A stretch of DNA of 64,000 nucleotides from an uncultured Acidimicrobiales bacterium. GTDB taxonomy: Bacteria > Actinomycetota > Actinomycetes > Mycobacteriales > QHCE01. Positions 1-8,488 of the stretch are shown in pieces (the stretch's first letter is position 1; the number at the start of each line of letters is the position of its first letter). The translations under genes and the position numbers were made by a program. The notes beneath the pieces are model-generated. The model made no database searches, was not told where the DNA came from, and saw only the letters and a list, made by a program, of their open reading frames with translations. The DNA lies in the NCBI GenBank assembly GCA_963736285.1, contig CAVTOA010000003.1, positions 153,644 through 217,643 of the forward strand. The letters run 5' to 3'.

Positions 1-141
1 AAGGACGTAATCGCCCCCGTGGCGGCACCAGCGGTGGTGGTCCGGCGACACAGCGAGCGCGGTGCACTTCTGCGCACCAAGCAATAGGGTACGTAGCCGC
101 CGCGGAGATGGTCGAACCGGGGTCGGCTCAGCGCCAGGGTC

Positions 142-1161
142 GTGATTCCCAGCACCTACGACACATCAGGCCCGCATGATCGCGCAAAGCCCGGCACACT
201 AGAAACCATGATCAGTCCAGCTCTGCGCCTACTCGGTGACAGTTGGACCCTGCTCATTCTGGACGAGGCGATGCGTGGAGCGCATCGGTTCTCGGACTGG
301 CGAGACCGTTTGGCCATTCCCAACAGTGTGCTCAGCCATCGACTTACCATGCTGGTGGATCACGCGATCTTCGCGCACCCACAGAATGCTAACTATCCGG
401 GCTACACCCTCACCAGACGAGGCGAAGCGCTCTGGATGTTTATCGCCAGCCTGCACTTGTGGCAAGAACGCTGGGAATCCTCCGCGCCGCCGACTCCCCC
501 CATGATCCATTCGCGCTGCGGCCGGCACTGCACGCCGAAGTTCAGTTGCACCTGCGCACCGTTGCCGGTCTTTCGCAAAGACTTGAGCATCGTGAAGCTG
601 CCCGAGTCACGCCTGGCACACGATGTCCACAGTGGCCTTTCGGGCCGTCACCGCAATGCTGGTGGCCACACCTCTGCTCGCGCTGGCCGGGGACATTTGC
701 ACAGGACAACGTTGCGCGCGTTGGGCAGCCGCTGGAGTGTCGAAATTCTGGTGGCGGCACTGTGGGGGGCGCGGCGGTTCAAAGATTTCACGACCCGACT
801 GGCCATTCCTTCCGCGGTCCTAAGCGGACGGCTGCGCGGCTTCGTCGAACTTGGTTTGATGCGCGTAGTGACCAAGGAACGCCCCGACCGCTCCTACTAC
901 GAACTCACCGACAAAGGAACAGCCTTTTCTGACTCGCTGATCTTCGCGAATACCTGGGGTCGAGTGTGGATGCCTGACATGGGCGATCCGCAGTGGTGCT
1001 GCGCCATAATCGCTGCGGAAGAATCATCGACCCGGTACTGCGTTGCAGCAGCTGCCACGCCATCCTCAACCGCCGCGAAATGCCCTGGAGATAGGGGGCT
1101 TGTGGCGGATACCCTGAGCTTGCGCTTAATAGAAATAGTTGTGGGGTGTGTAGAAATGTGA
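142..1161 (+). CDS. Tandem-duplicated HxlR-type winged-helix regulator (two HxlR domains, each followed by a Cys cluster); 3' end probably frameshifted
   Basis: There are two internal repeats with the HxlR signature: 'LLGDSWTLLILDEAMRGAHRFSDWRDRLAIPNSVLSHRL..YTLTRRG' and 'ALGSRWSVEILVAALWGARRFKDFTTRLAIPSAVLSGRL..YELTDKG'. Repeat 1 is followed by 'HSRCGRHCTPKFSCTC'. The homologous 'HNRCGRIIDPVLRCSSCH' after repeat 2 is only readable in another frame (open from 978, stop 1092-1094). An alternative ATG start lies at 208. Confidence 0.6.
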   Translation: MIPSTYDTSGPHDRAKPGTLETMISPALRLLGDSWTLLILDEAMRGAHRFSDWRDRLAIPNSVLSHRLTMLVDHAIFAHPQNANYPGYTLTRRGEALWMFIASLHLWQERWESSAPPTPPMIHSRCGRHCTPKFSCTCAPLPVFRKDLSIVKLPESRLAHDVHSGLSGRHRNAGGHTSARAGRGHLHRTTLRALGSRWSVEILVAALWGARRFKDFTTRLAIPSAVLSGRLRGFVELGLMRVVTKERPDRSYYELTDKGTAFSDSLIFANTWGRVWMPDMGDPQWCCAIIAAEESSTRYCVAAAATPSSTAAKCPGDRGLVADTLSLRLIEIVVGCVEM

Positions 1162-1176
1162 TCTACACACCCCACA
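1140..1176. terminator. Perfect 15-bp stem hairpin overlapping the stop codon of the HxlR-like gene
   Basis: TGTGGGGTGTGTAGA (1140-1154), loop aatgtga, TCTACACACCCCACA (1162-1176). It sits between convergent genes and has no U-tract. Confidence 0.5.
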
Positions 1177-1409
1177 GATTCGCGCCGACTACCTCGAACG
1201 TGTCGCCGTGGGCAAGGCTAACCAGGACTTGACTGACCAATGTGCCGTTTGCTGCACGTTGGGGACCAGTCGGTGATTGGGCTCTTTGAAAGAAAACCCT
1301 CCGCCAATATTTCGTGCTGGGATCGGATTGTGCGGCACGTGTATTTGCGGCATGTCGTTCGACCTGCTGGCGAACACGCCCGTACCGAGGACTAGCTGGT
1401 GGTTTAGAA

Positions 1410-1877
1410 TTACTCTTCGGGCCAATAACACGCTGCACCAAACCTGGTGACCCGAACTTGCTCGGGCATGCCCATGGTGAATGCCTCCGGCTGTTCTTGG
1501 CTGTTTCCCAACCCGAGGCTCAGCGGGCAAAAGGCGGTAAATGACCGGCAAACTGCCGCAACTGCTCCCCCACTGAACGACTTGGCAACCAGGCCGCCAT
1601 CCACTAAGGCGTTGAAACCAACATCTGGATTTTCAATGCCGGCCCGCAGTGCTTGGTTCTTGGATCTGTGGGCGCGACGGGGTCTGCGTTGGACGAGCTC
1701 GGGCAGCCCGTGCGCTAAAGACCAGATGGCGTATTGGGCATAGTCCAAATGGAAAAAATCTTGCCCAATACGCACATCTAATGATTCGGGTTCTTCAGAC
1801 TGCTGGTCTGCGAAACGTGGCCCCAGCGCGAGCCCAATCGGCACCCAGACGCAACCATTGAAAACTGCCCCTCTCAT
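1410..1877 (-). CDS. Hypothetical protein, paralog A of the 2550..2990 product
   Basis: 155 aa. It shares 'VPIG.ALGP', 'FF.L', 'W.LAHG.PEL' and 'L.LGLGN..E.P' blocks with the 146-aa ORF at 2550..2990. No family was recognised. Confidence 0.5.
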   Translation of the reverse strand: MRGAVFNGCVWVPIGLALGPRFADQQSEEPESLDVRIGQDFFHLDYAQYAIWSLAHGLPELVQRRPRRAHRSKNQALRAGIENPDVGFNALVDGGLVAKSFSGGAVAAVCRSFTAFCPLSLGLGNSQEQPEAFTMGMPEQVRVTRFGAACYWPEE

Positions 1878-1929
1878 CCAAAGAGGACCAAGGGGTTGTA
1901 GTCAGGCCACTCGCCGCGACTACCTATAT

Positions 1930-2550
1930 TTAGCGACCAGTGCGAGCAGCAACGGGGGGGATTACCATTGCGGGCGCGCGGGGCGGGGGAGCACCGGGAA
2001 TTGTCCCATCGCTCCATGACCTATCAAGGCCACGCTTACCTCCATGAGCTCCTGCTGCCGGCGCGGTAGGCGTTACTCGCTGTTGAGCAGCACGAGGCTC
2101 TTCTCTTTCCCTCCGCCGAGCACCCCGTTCCCCGCCGAGCACGTCCTGCATCCTCTGGCTTGTGCCTCCCTTACCATTTACAACTGATGCGACGAGCCTA
2201 GACAACTTGGCTTGACTGCCCATCGTCCTCCCAAACGCCTCGAACAGGTATGCAGGTGGCCATAGTACTCTCCAAGGTTTCCTCCAGCTCAAGCCTTTGC
2301 CCCGTGCATATCCAGCGAGGCCTTCTTCCGCTCCGGCAATCGGATCCGCGACTCTTCCGAGAACTTCTACAGTCATCATGTTCTCCAATCGAAGTACAAG
2401 CAATTCGTTGCCATCAGCATGGGCGACTGTGTCATAAACACGTTCACGAGCCCAGTTGGGGTTAACGGTACCCCGTCCTCGCCAACGAGCTGTTCCAGCG
2501 ACGCGATTTTTACCGCCGCATCCCACAAGGAGGGAAAATTGGATAGGCAC
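1930..2550 (-). CDS. Hypothetical protein, partner gene of paralog B
   Basis: 206 aa. Its GTG start overlaps the stop of the upstream gene (TAGTG at 2548-2552), which suggests translational coupling. The C-terminal half is R/A/P-rich and low complexity. No recognisable domain. Confidence 0.4.
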   Translation of the reverse strand: MPIQFSLLVGCGGKNRVAGTARWRGRGTVNPNWARERVYDTVAHADGNELLVLRLENMMTVEVLGRVADPIAGAEEGLAGYARGKGLSWRKPWRVLWPPAYLFEAFGRTMGSQAKLSRLVASVVNGKGGTSQRMQDVLGGERGARRREREEPRAAQQRVTPTAPAAGAHGGKRGLDRSWSDGTIPGAPPPRAPAMVIPPVAARTGR

Positions 2551-2990
2551 TACCAGACAAAATAGACACGCTCATCAACAATTGCCCATGGATCGCCCGG
2601 AGCCCCTATGGAGTAGTAATCAGGGTCTTCGGCAGTGTTACCTAGGCCTAATGCCAGCGCGCAAGCTCGGTAACTCCTTGCAAAACGCTGAAGTTGAGAC
2701 TCTACCGGCATAACCTGTTCAAGCAGGCGCTTTTGCTTGAGATCCTTAAAAAGAGATTCAGCCTCGAACACCCCTGCTTGACGAGCTTGATCCTGGATTT
2801 GCGCACGCGTCGGCGCACGATGTTCGATCAGTTCCGGCGAACCGTGCGCAAGTGTCCATACCCGAAAACCAGCCTCATTGAGGCGAAAAAAATGATCGCC
2901 CGCGCGAATATCATACGAGTCAGGGACATCCTCGTCACCGGAATACCACGGGCCGAGGGCTTGGCCGATGGGTACTACGAAGGCCACCAT
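2550..2990 (-). CDS. Hypothetical protein, paralog B
   Basis: 146 aa, clearly homologous to 1410..1877. It starts 47 nt downstream of the frame-corrected rne stop, on the same strand. Confidence 0.55.
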   Translation of the reverse strand: MVAFVVPIGQALGPWYSGDEDVPDSYDIRAGDHFFRLNEAGFRVWTLAHGSPELIEHRAPTRAQIQDQARQAGVFEAESLFKDLKQKRLLEQVMPVESQLQRFARSYRACALALGLGNTAEDPDYYSIGAPGDPWAIVDERVYFVW

Positions 2991-3037
2991 GCGACTGCCA
3001 CCCCCTTATGCGGCGCCAGCGCGAGGCTGGCCCGCCT

Positions 3038-5408
3038 CTAGTCTTCCTGCCGGTCCACTGCGGACGTAGGTTCCGATGTCGTGTCCGATTGTGGCATGTC
3101 GTTGCTGCCAACTGGGCCGCTGTTCGGCGAGGAGTCGCTCGCGTCGTCCCCGGGCTTGGGTTCATAGACCGCAACGTCGCTTTGCTCCACAGTGGACTCT
3201 TCAGACTGCTGACTGGCTACTGCCACAGATTCTGCGGATGCCGCTACCGACTCTGCCGCCGGCTCCGTCGATTTCTGCTGCTCAGCGATCTGCGCTGGAC
3301 CCTGCCGGCGCTCGGCCCGAGAGCGCCGCTTGCCGCTCTTGGCGGCAACCTCCGACGGTCCACCGCTGCTGAGGCGTGTGGTGATGTTGCCGCGCGTGCT
3401 CCACCAACGGTTCGCTGTGCACCACCACACCACGCCCGCGGCAGTGGTCACACGGCTCGCTGAACACCTCGAGCAGACCTTGTCCCACTCGCTTACGCGT
3501 CATCTGTACCAAGCCCAGCGAGGTGACCTCGGCGACTTGGTGCCGGGTGCGGTCGCGCCCCAAGCATTCGGTGAGGCGGCGCAGCACCAAGTCTCGATTG
3601 GACTCCAGCACCATGTCGATGAAGTCGATGACGATGATGCCGCCGATGTCGCGCAGCCGCAGCTGCCGGACGATTTCTTCAGCAGCCTCGAGGTTGTTGC
3701 GGGTCACGGTCTCTTCTAGCGAACCACCCTGCCCGGTGAACCGCCCAGTGTTGACGTCGATGACGGTCATGGCCTCAGTGCGGTCGATGACCAGCGAACC
3801 ACCGGACGGCAGCCACACCTTGCGGTCGAGCGCCTTGGTCAGCTGCTCGTCTACCCGTAGATCGGCGAAGAGGTCTGTTTGCGCGGTGTGGTGCGACAAC
3901 CGCTCCACCAGCTCTGGGGAAACGTGGCCCACGTACTGCTCCACCAGCTCCCATGCGTCGTGTTCGGACGCATCGCCGTGCACGATGAGTTTGGTGAAGT
4001 CTTCGTTGAAAATGTCGCGGATGACCCGAATGATGAGATCCGGCTCGGAATAGAGCTGGGTAGGCGCCGAACTCTTAACAGAATTCTGACCGGCGCGATT
4101 CTGAATCGTCTCCCACTGCGCGGCCAATCGCGCCACGTCCCGAGACAGCTCTTCTTCGCTCACGCCCTCAGCAGCAGTACGAACAATGACACCAGCGTCT
4201 GGCGGCACTACTGCCTTCAAAATTTCTTTGAGCCGCTTGCGCTCAGTGTCGGGCAGTTTCCGGGAAATGCCAGTCATTTCATTGCCAGGCACATAAACCA
4301 AGAAACGCCCCGGCAGGCTGATCTGGCTGGTCAAGCGAGCACCCTTGTGGCCGATCGGGTCTTTAGTGACCTGGACCATGACGGTGTCGCCAGACTTAAG
4401 CGCCTGCTCGATCTTGCGCGGCTTGCCTTCCATGCCAGCAATGTCCCAATTGACCTCGCCGGCGTAGAGCACCGCGTTGCGACCCTTGCCGATATCGACG
4501 AAGGCAGCCTCCATGCTGGGCAACACGTTTTGCACCCGGCCGAGGTACACCCCGCCCACCAGCGAACTCGACACAGCCCGCGTCGCGTAATGCTCGACCA
4601 GAATGTCGTCCTCAAGCACCGCGATCTGGGTGAGCTCCCCACGCTGACGCACCGCCATAACCCGCTCTACCGACTCGCGGCGCGCCAGAAACTCGGCTTC
4701 CGTGAGCACCGTGGAGCGACGACGATGTTCGCGTCCATCCCGACGACGCTGACGCTTAGCCTCAAGCCGCGCCGAGCCTTTGGTGCCCTGAACCTCGTCG
4801 TTACTGCTGGGGGTGTCGTGGTCGCTAGATGAGGTTGCGTTGTCTGAGCCAACCTGCGGATCGGTACCCCGACGACGCCTGCGACGCCGACGGCTCGTAC
4901 TCGTGACCTCTTCTGCGGCGTCGGAGCCTTTGGGCTGCTCGGCGTTTTTGGACTCGTCGGCTTGCTCGTCCGTTTGCGGCTCTGCGCTGCCCGACGCCTT
5001 TTTCGACGCGTGGCTTTTGTCGTTCTCCGACTTAGTGGTCTCCGCATCGGCGCTGCGTTGATTCTCTGCAGACGAGTTTTCTGCCTGCTCAGGCTCGTCG
5101 CTGCCACGACCGCGCCCCCGACCACGACGGCCACGCCGACGGCGATTGGGGTTGTCGCCGGAGGCGGAATCGTCGCTATCTGAGGAACCACCCGAAGATG
5201 GTGAAGCGTTGTGGTCTTTGCCACCTCCGCGTGACGGTGTAGAGCTTTCGCCATTAGTGCGAGGGCGTGGAGGCGGGGCCGTGACCTCAGGCGCGACGAA
5301 CATGATGGTCGTCGGCACCGCGGGTGGAGCCCCTTGTTGGCTAGCCGGAGAAGTATGCGCCGAAGCACCCTCTTGCGAGGTAGCCCCGGTCGACTCATTG
5401 TCGAGCAT
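3038..5408 (-). CDS. rne: Ribonuclease E/G family endoribonuclease, with an apparent frameshift in the C-terminal tail near 3370-3400
   Basis: S1 domain 'GGVYLGRVQNVLPSMEAAFVDIGKGRNAVLY', catalytic core 'DRTEAMTVIDVNTGRF' and Zn-link 'CDHCRGRG'. The N-terminal region is R/S/D-rich and disordered. ATG at 5408 is preceded by GGGAG. The acidic S/A/E-rich tail continues in the frame of ORF 3038..3451. Confidence 0.85.
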
Positions 5409-5835
5409 CCGGGTTGATCTCCCGTTCCGCTCCCGGGCGCGTGATCCGCGGCCGCTCAGGAGCGCGTTGTTATGGAATCTGTTTGCGATGCGCCGCAGGG
5501 TGTGACGCATCAAAGCTGTCAAGTCGCACTGGCGAAACAACAGGGGCCCAGTTGAAGACCAACTTGTTGCCTCGACGGCACGCCGCCAACGCCCTCTACA
5601 CGATCTGCCCGAACCGAGGAGATGGCCAAGCCTGAACGCCCAGGACACATCGTGCGGACCGAACAGGTTTTGACCCTGACAAGATTCGAACACCGGCGAG
5701 AACATCGTCGGGTCGCACAACGGATGGTGCATGCCGCACGACACCTCGAGTATCGCACAGACTCCGCGTCCACTCCGAGGCGACGCGCCTACGGCAAGGC
5801 CGCCGAACCCTCATCTGCCCGCCAGAACACGCCTC

Positions 5836-6237
5836 CTACCAGTCAATTGTCGGATCTTCCGGTGTCGGGGCTCGCTCGGCCCGACCATGCTCCCGAGCAA
5901 GGCGAGGGGTCTCGAGCAGCCGCTCCCGTTCGCGTTCGGCCTCACTCAGTGAGCGCGCCTGGTGTGACAGATGCGACTCACATCGACGGTGCACGACCTC
6001 TCGCATGTAACCCAAAGCGACGCCAACGCCGAACAGGAGCGCGGCCAGCACCCACAACCCAACCACTGTGCCCATAGTGAGCCCGCCTGTGGCTACGCCA
6101 GCCATGCTGTGAATGAGCATGATCGCCACAGCAACACCCGCTGCGACCCCGGCCACCACTTGGGCGATGCGCTGCAAGAACCGAAGAGTGAGCACCATTG
6201 ATGAGCTGCGCAAAGCAGAATCGGAAAAAGTCACCAC
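5836..6237 (-). CDS. Small integral membrane protein (hypothetical)
   Basis: 133 aa with two hydrophobic helices ('VVAGVAAGVAVAIMLI', 'VVGLWVLAALLFGVGVALG') and a charged C-terminal tail. Confidence 0.4.
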   Translation of the reverse strand: MVTFSDSALRSSSMVLTLRFLQRIAQVVAGVAAGVAVAIMLIHSMAGVATGGLTMGTVVGLWVLAALLFGVGVALGYMREVVHRRCESHLSHQARSLSEAERERERLLETPRLAREHGRAERAPTPEDPTIDW

Positions 6238-6340
6238 GACCGCCGTGATTGTCTTGTGTTATATGGAAAACCAACCTGCCGCCGCAGGCATCCGACACAG
6301 TGTGGCCAGTCGCGGACTACCGGGCAAGCCCTTCTTTGAT

Positions 6341-7153
6341 TCACCGCGCCTCGCCGGGGTCGACGAGCTCCGCGCGGGCCTCGTACACGTGAAGCCGAGC
6401 AAGCGGACTTTGCCGAGTGACGGTGCCGTCTATCTGCTGGAATGGCCCGCCATTCACCGAATACCGGCCGCTGTACGTCACCTCAACTAAAACGTGCACA
6501 TCCCCCGTACTCCGGTACTTATGGGTGACTGTTTGCTCGGGATACGGTTTTCCCGGATCGGCCGTAGAAAGTTCAGTATTGTCGCCGAATTTCCATTCGA
6601 AATGTGTCGGCGTAATTCTAAGAATTACATGATTACCGAGCAAGGTGAGTTTCGTATATTCACTCTTTGCATCGCTGAAAAATATTTCGTCAAAATTGAC
6701 TATCGCCGAATCTGCCGGCTGCGTCTTTGGCGCTGATATATCTGGTTGAACTCTTTGGAATTCCCAAATAATCTTCTCCCTTAGTGCCTCAGTATTGTTG
6801 TCGGAATCAGTGCATTGATATGTCGTGGATGTCGGCCGCCCAACCGCGTTTGCTCCATCCACAACGTATTCAGTTACTGAAGACCATTGCTGACCTTCAT
6901 TACATGAACCCGCTCCACACGGAATGGGCTCATTTGCGTTTCCCTGTTTAGGGCACACCGGGCTGATGGTTACAAAGGTGTGTGGATAGATCGATGGCTC
7001 GTTCTTGTTAGCAACTGAAGCGCTACTTGTTTGCTGATTTCCGATCTCAAATTGGCTGTTATTGATTTTTCCGGTGACATCATTGTCATCAGCGCGCGAA
7101 CTTTGAGAAGCCACTAATAAGATGACAACAATTGAAATTAATAACCTTTTCAT
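6341..7153 (-). CDS. Secreted protein with C-terminal PKD-like domain
   Basis: Signal peptide 'MKRLLISIVVILLVASQSSRA'. The C-terminus reads 'FEWKFGDNT..VTHKYRSTGDVHVLVEVTYSG', a PKD-type pattern. The start overlaps the upstream gene by 4 nt (ATGA). The N-terminal two-thirds is ~38-40% GC. Confidence 0.6.
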   Translation of the reverse strand: MKRLLISIVVILLVASQSSRADDNDVTGKINNSQFEIGNQQTSSASVANKNEPSIYPHTFVTISPVCPKQGNANEPIPCGAGSCNEGQQWSSVTEYVVDGANAVGRPTSTTYQCTDSDNNTEALREKIIWEFQRVQPDISAPKTQPADSAIVNFDEIFFSDAKSEYTKLTLLGNHVILRITPTHFEWKFGDNTELSTADPGKPYPEQTVTHKYRSTGDVHVLVEVTYSGRYSVNGGPFQQIDGTVTRQSPLARLHVYEARAELVDPGEAR

Positions 7154-7797
7154 CCTTCATTCACTGGACCAATGTATTCCATACTAAATTGAGATATTGA
7201 CGTCTGCCATCTCACCACCAAAGACTCTTGCTTATTCATCTCAGGGGAACTCGGCGCTCCTATCAATTTCCCATCTCTACTGGTGGCTCCAGCTTCTTCT
7301 CTGCTGTACGACAGCAGACCGACATAGTCGCCAGGAACCTGATTTGGTGCGAGCTGTATCCAGTTGACCGCGTACTTTCCCTTATATAGATATTGGAGTT
7401 CCTTCTGGCTGTTTTTTATAGTTTGGGCAATCGCAATACAAGCCTTGCAGTCTTGCGTGTACGCCGACTGGAGAGCCGATGGATCCAAGGCCGCGTTTGC
7501 GTAGTTCAATACGTCGAAGAAGTAGTAGACGAAGGCTTTGGCCCCCGCGACGGTATTTTGCTTGGCGGCATCGGGCATTGCTGGTCGAACAAGAACCGGG
7601 CTCGACATCGGGGCGCTCTCACTTGGCGATCGGCCCACATATTGGCCACCGCGATGGTCCTCTTTAGAGGGCCACGTCCATATCAGCCCCGCGATGACCG
7701 CTGCCGCAACCAGCGCAGCGAAGATCGAGACTACAAGGCCAGACCGCTGCCGAATACTGCTCCACAAAGCACGCACAACCAGGCAGGATAGCGGCAA
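7150..7797 (-). CDS. Membrane-anchored DUF6318-like protein
   Basis: N-terminal TM anchor, then 'AGAKAFVYYFFDVLNYANAALDPSALQSAYTQDCKACIAI', which resembles the actinobacterial DUF6318 pattern (family assignment from memory). Confidence 0.55.
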   Translation of the reverse strand: MPLSCLVVRALWSSIRQRSGLVVSIFAALVAAAVIAGLIWTWPSKEDHRGGQYVGRSPSESAPMSSPVLVRPAMPDAAKQNTVAGAKAFVYYFFDVLNYANAALDPSALQSAYTQDCKACIAIAQTIKNSQKELQYLYKGKYAVNWIQLAPNQVPGDYVGLLSYSREEAGATSRDGKLIGAPSSPEMNKQESLVVRWQTSISQFSMEYIGPVNEG

Positions 7798-7871
7798 CGT
7801 TCATTCAGCGAGCGACCCAAGCAAAGACCTGTGGAAAACATAGGAATCTAACGTGCGCCTAAGCGCTTCTG

Positions 7872-7897
7872 TTTTTTGCGGATTGCCCGCAAAAAAA
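7872..7897. repeat. Copy of intergenic motif TGCGGATTGCCCGC flanked by T6/A7 tracts
   Basis: ttttttGCGGATTGCCCGCaaaaaaa. The same 14-mer occurs twice, inverted, at 58687-58733. Confidence 0.5.
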
Positions 7898-7940
7898 CGC
7901 AAACACGGGAGGTTCACAAAGCATTGCGGGCATCAAACCA

Positions 7941-8453
7941 TTAGGCCGCGTGTTCCCAGCAGTAAAGCCGCGCAGGATCCGCCAGTTCACCCGCAACGCT
8001 ACGCAGCTCGTCAATGATCCCTATCAGCTCGTCAACGTCACGGCCGGCCAATAGGACTGCACTGTCCGGGTGGGACTTCCACTGCTCGGCCACGTCGTCC
8101 CACTCCATCTCCGGATCGCCATCGGCCCCCCGCAACGCCAATGCCGCGTCTGGCGTAAGCGCGAACACCTCTTGCTCGACCGACTCGCCCACCGCCACTA
8201 GCCGCCCCACCGGTCGCAGTACCAGATGAGCAGAGGCGACGGCAGGGACGCCGCCCAAGATCGCCACCAGCCGTGGCAACGCAGCGAGCGGAATGTCCAC
8301 TGTGGACACATGTGGCACGTGTTCGGCGGCGGGAAGCACTCGCCACCCGTCAGCCTGTTCCGGCATGGCCACCACGAAGGTGACTGCTACGTCGCGTGAG
8401 TCCGTACTGGTCGTCGCGTTCACCCCTTCATCAAACACCACAATGCCCGCCAC
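7941..8453 (-). CDS. Hypothetical protein
   Basis: 170-aa ORF directly downstream of ileS with backbone-like GC. No recognised motif. Confidence 0.45.
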   Translation of the reverse strand: MAGIVVFDEGVNATTSTDSRDVAVTFVVAMPEQADGWRVLPAAEHVPHVSTVDIPLAALPRLVAILGGVPAVASAHLVLRPVGRLVAVGESVEQEVFALTPDAALALRGADGDPEMEWDDVAEQWKSHPDSAVLLAGRDVDELIGIIDELRSVAGELADPARLYCWEHAA

Positions 8454-8488
8454 ACCGAGGTAGGTGTTCCTCTTCCTCGAAGGACCGG

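Noticed and set aside
3038-3451. A separate 137-aa acidic protein gene downstream of rne.
   Set aside because: It has no independent start context, and its sequence continues the disordered RNase E tail. I interpret it as the frame-shifted C-terminus of rne.
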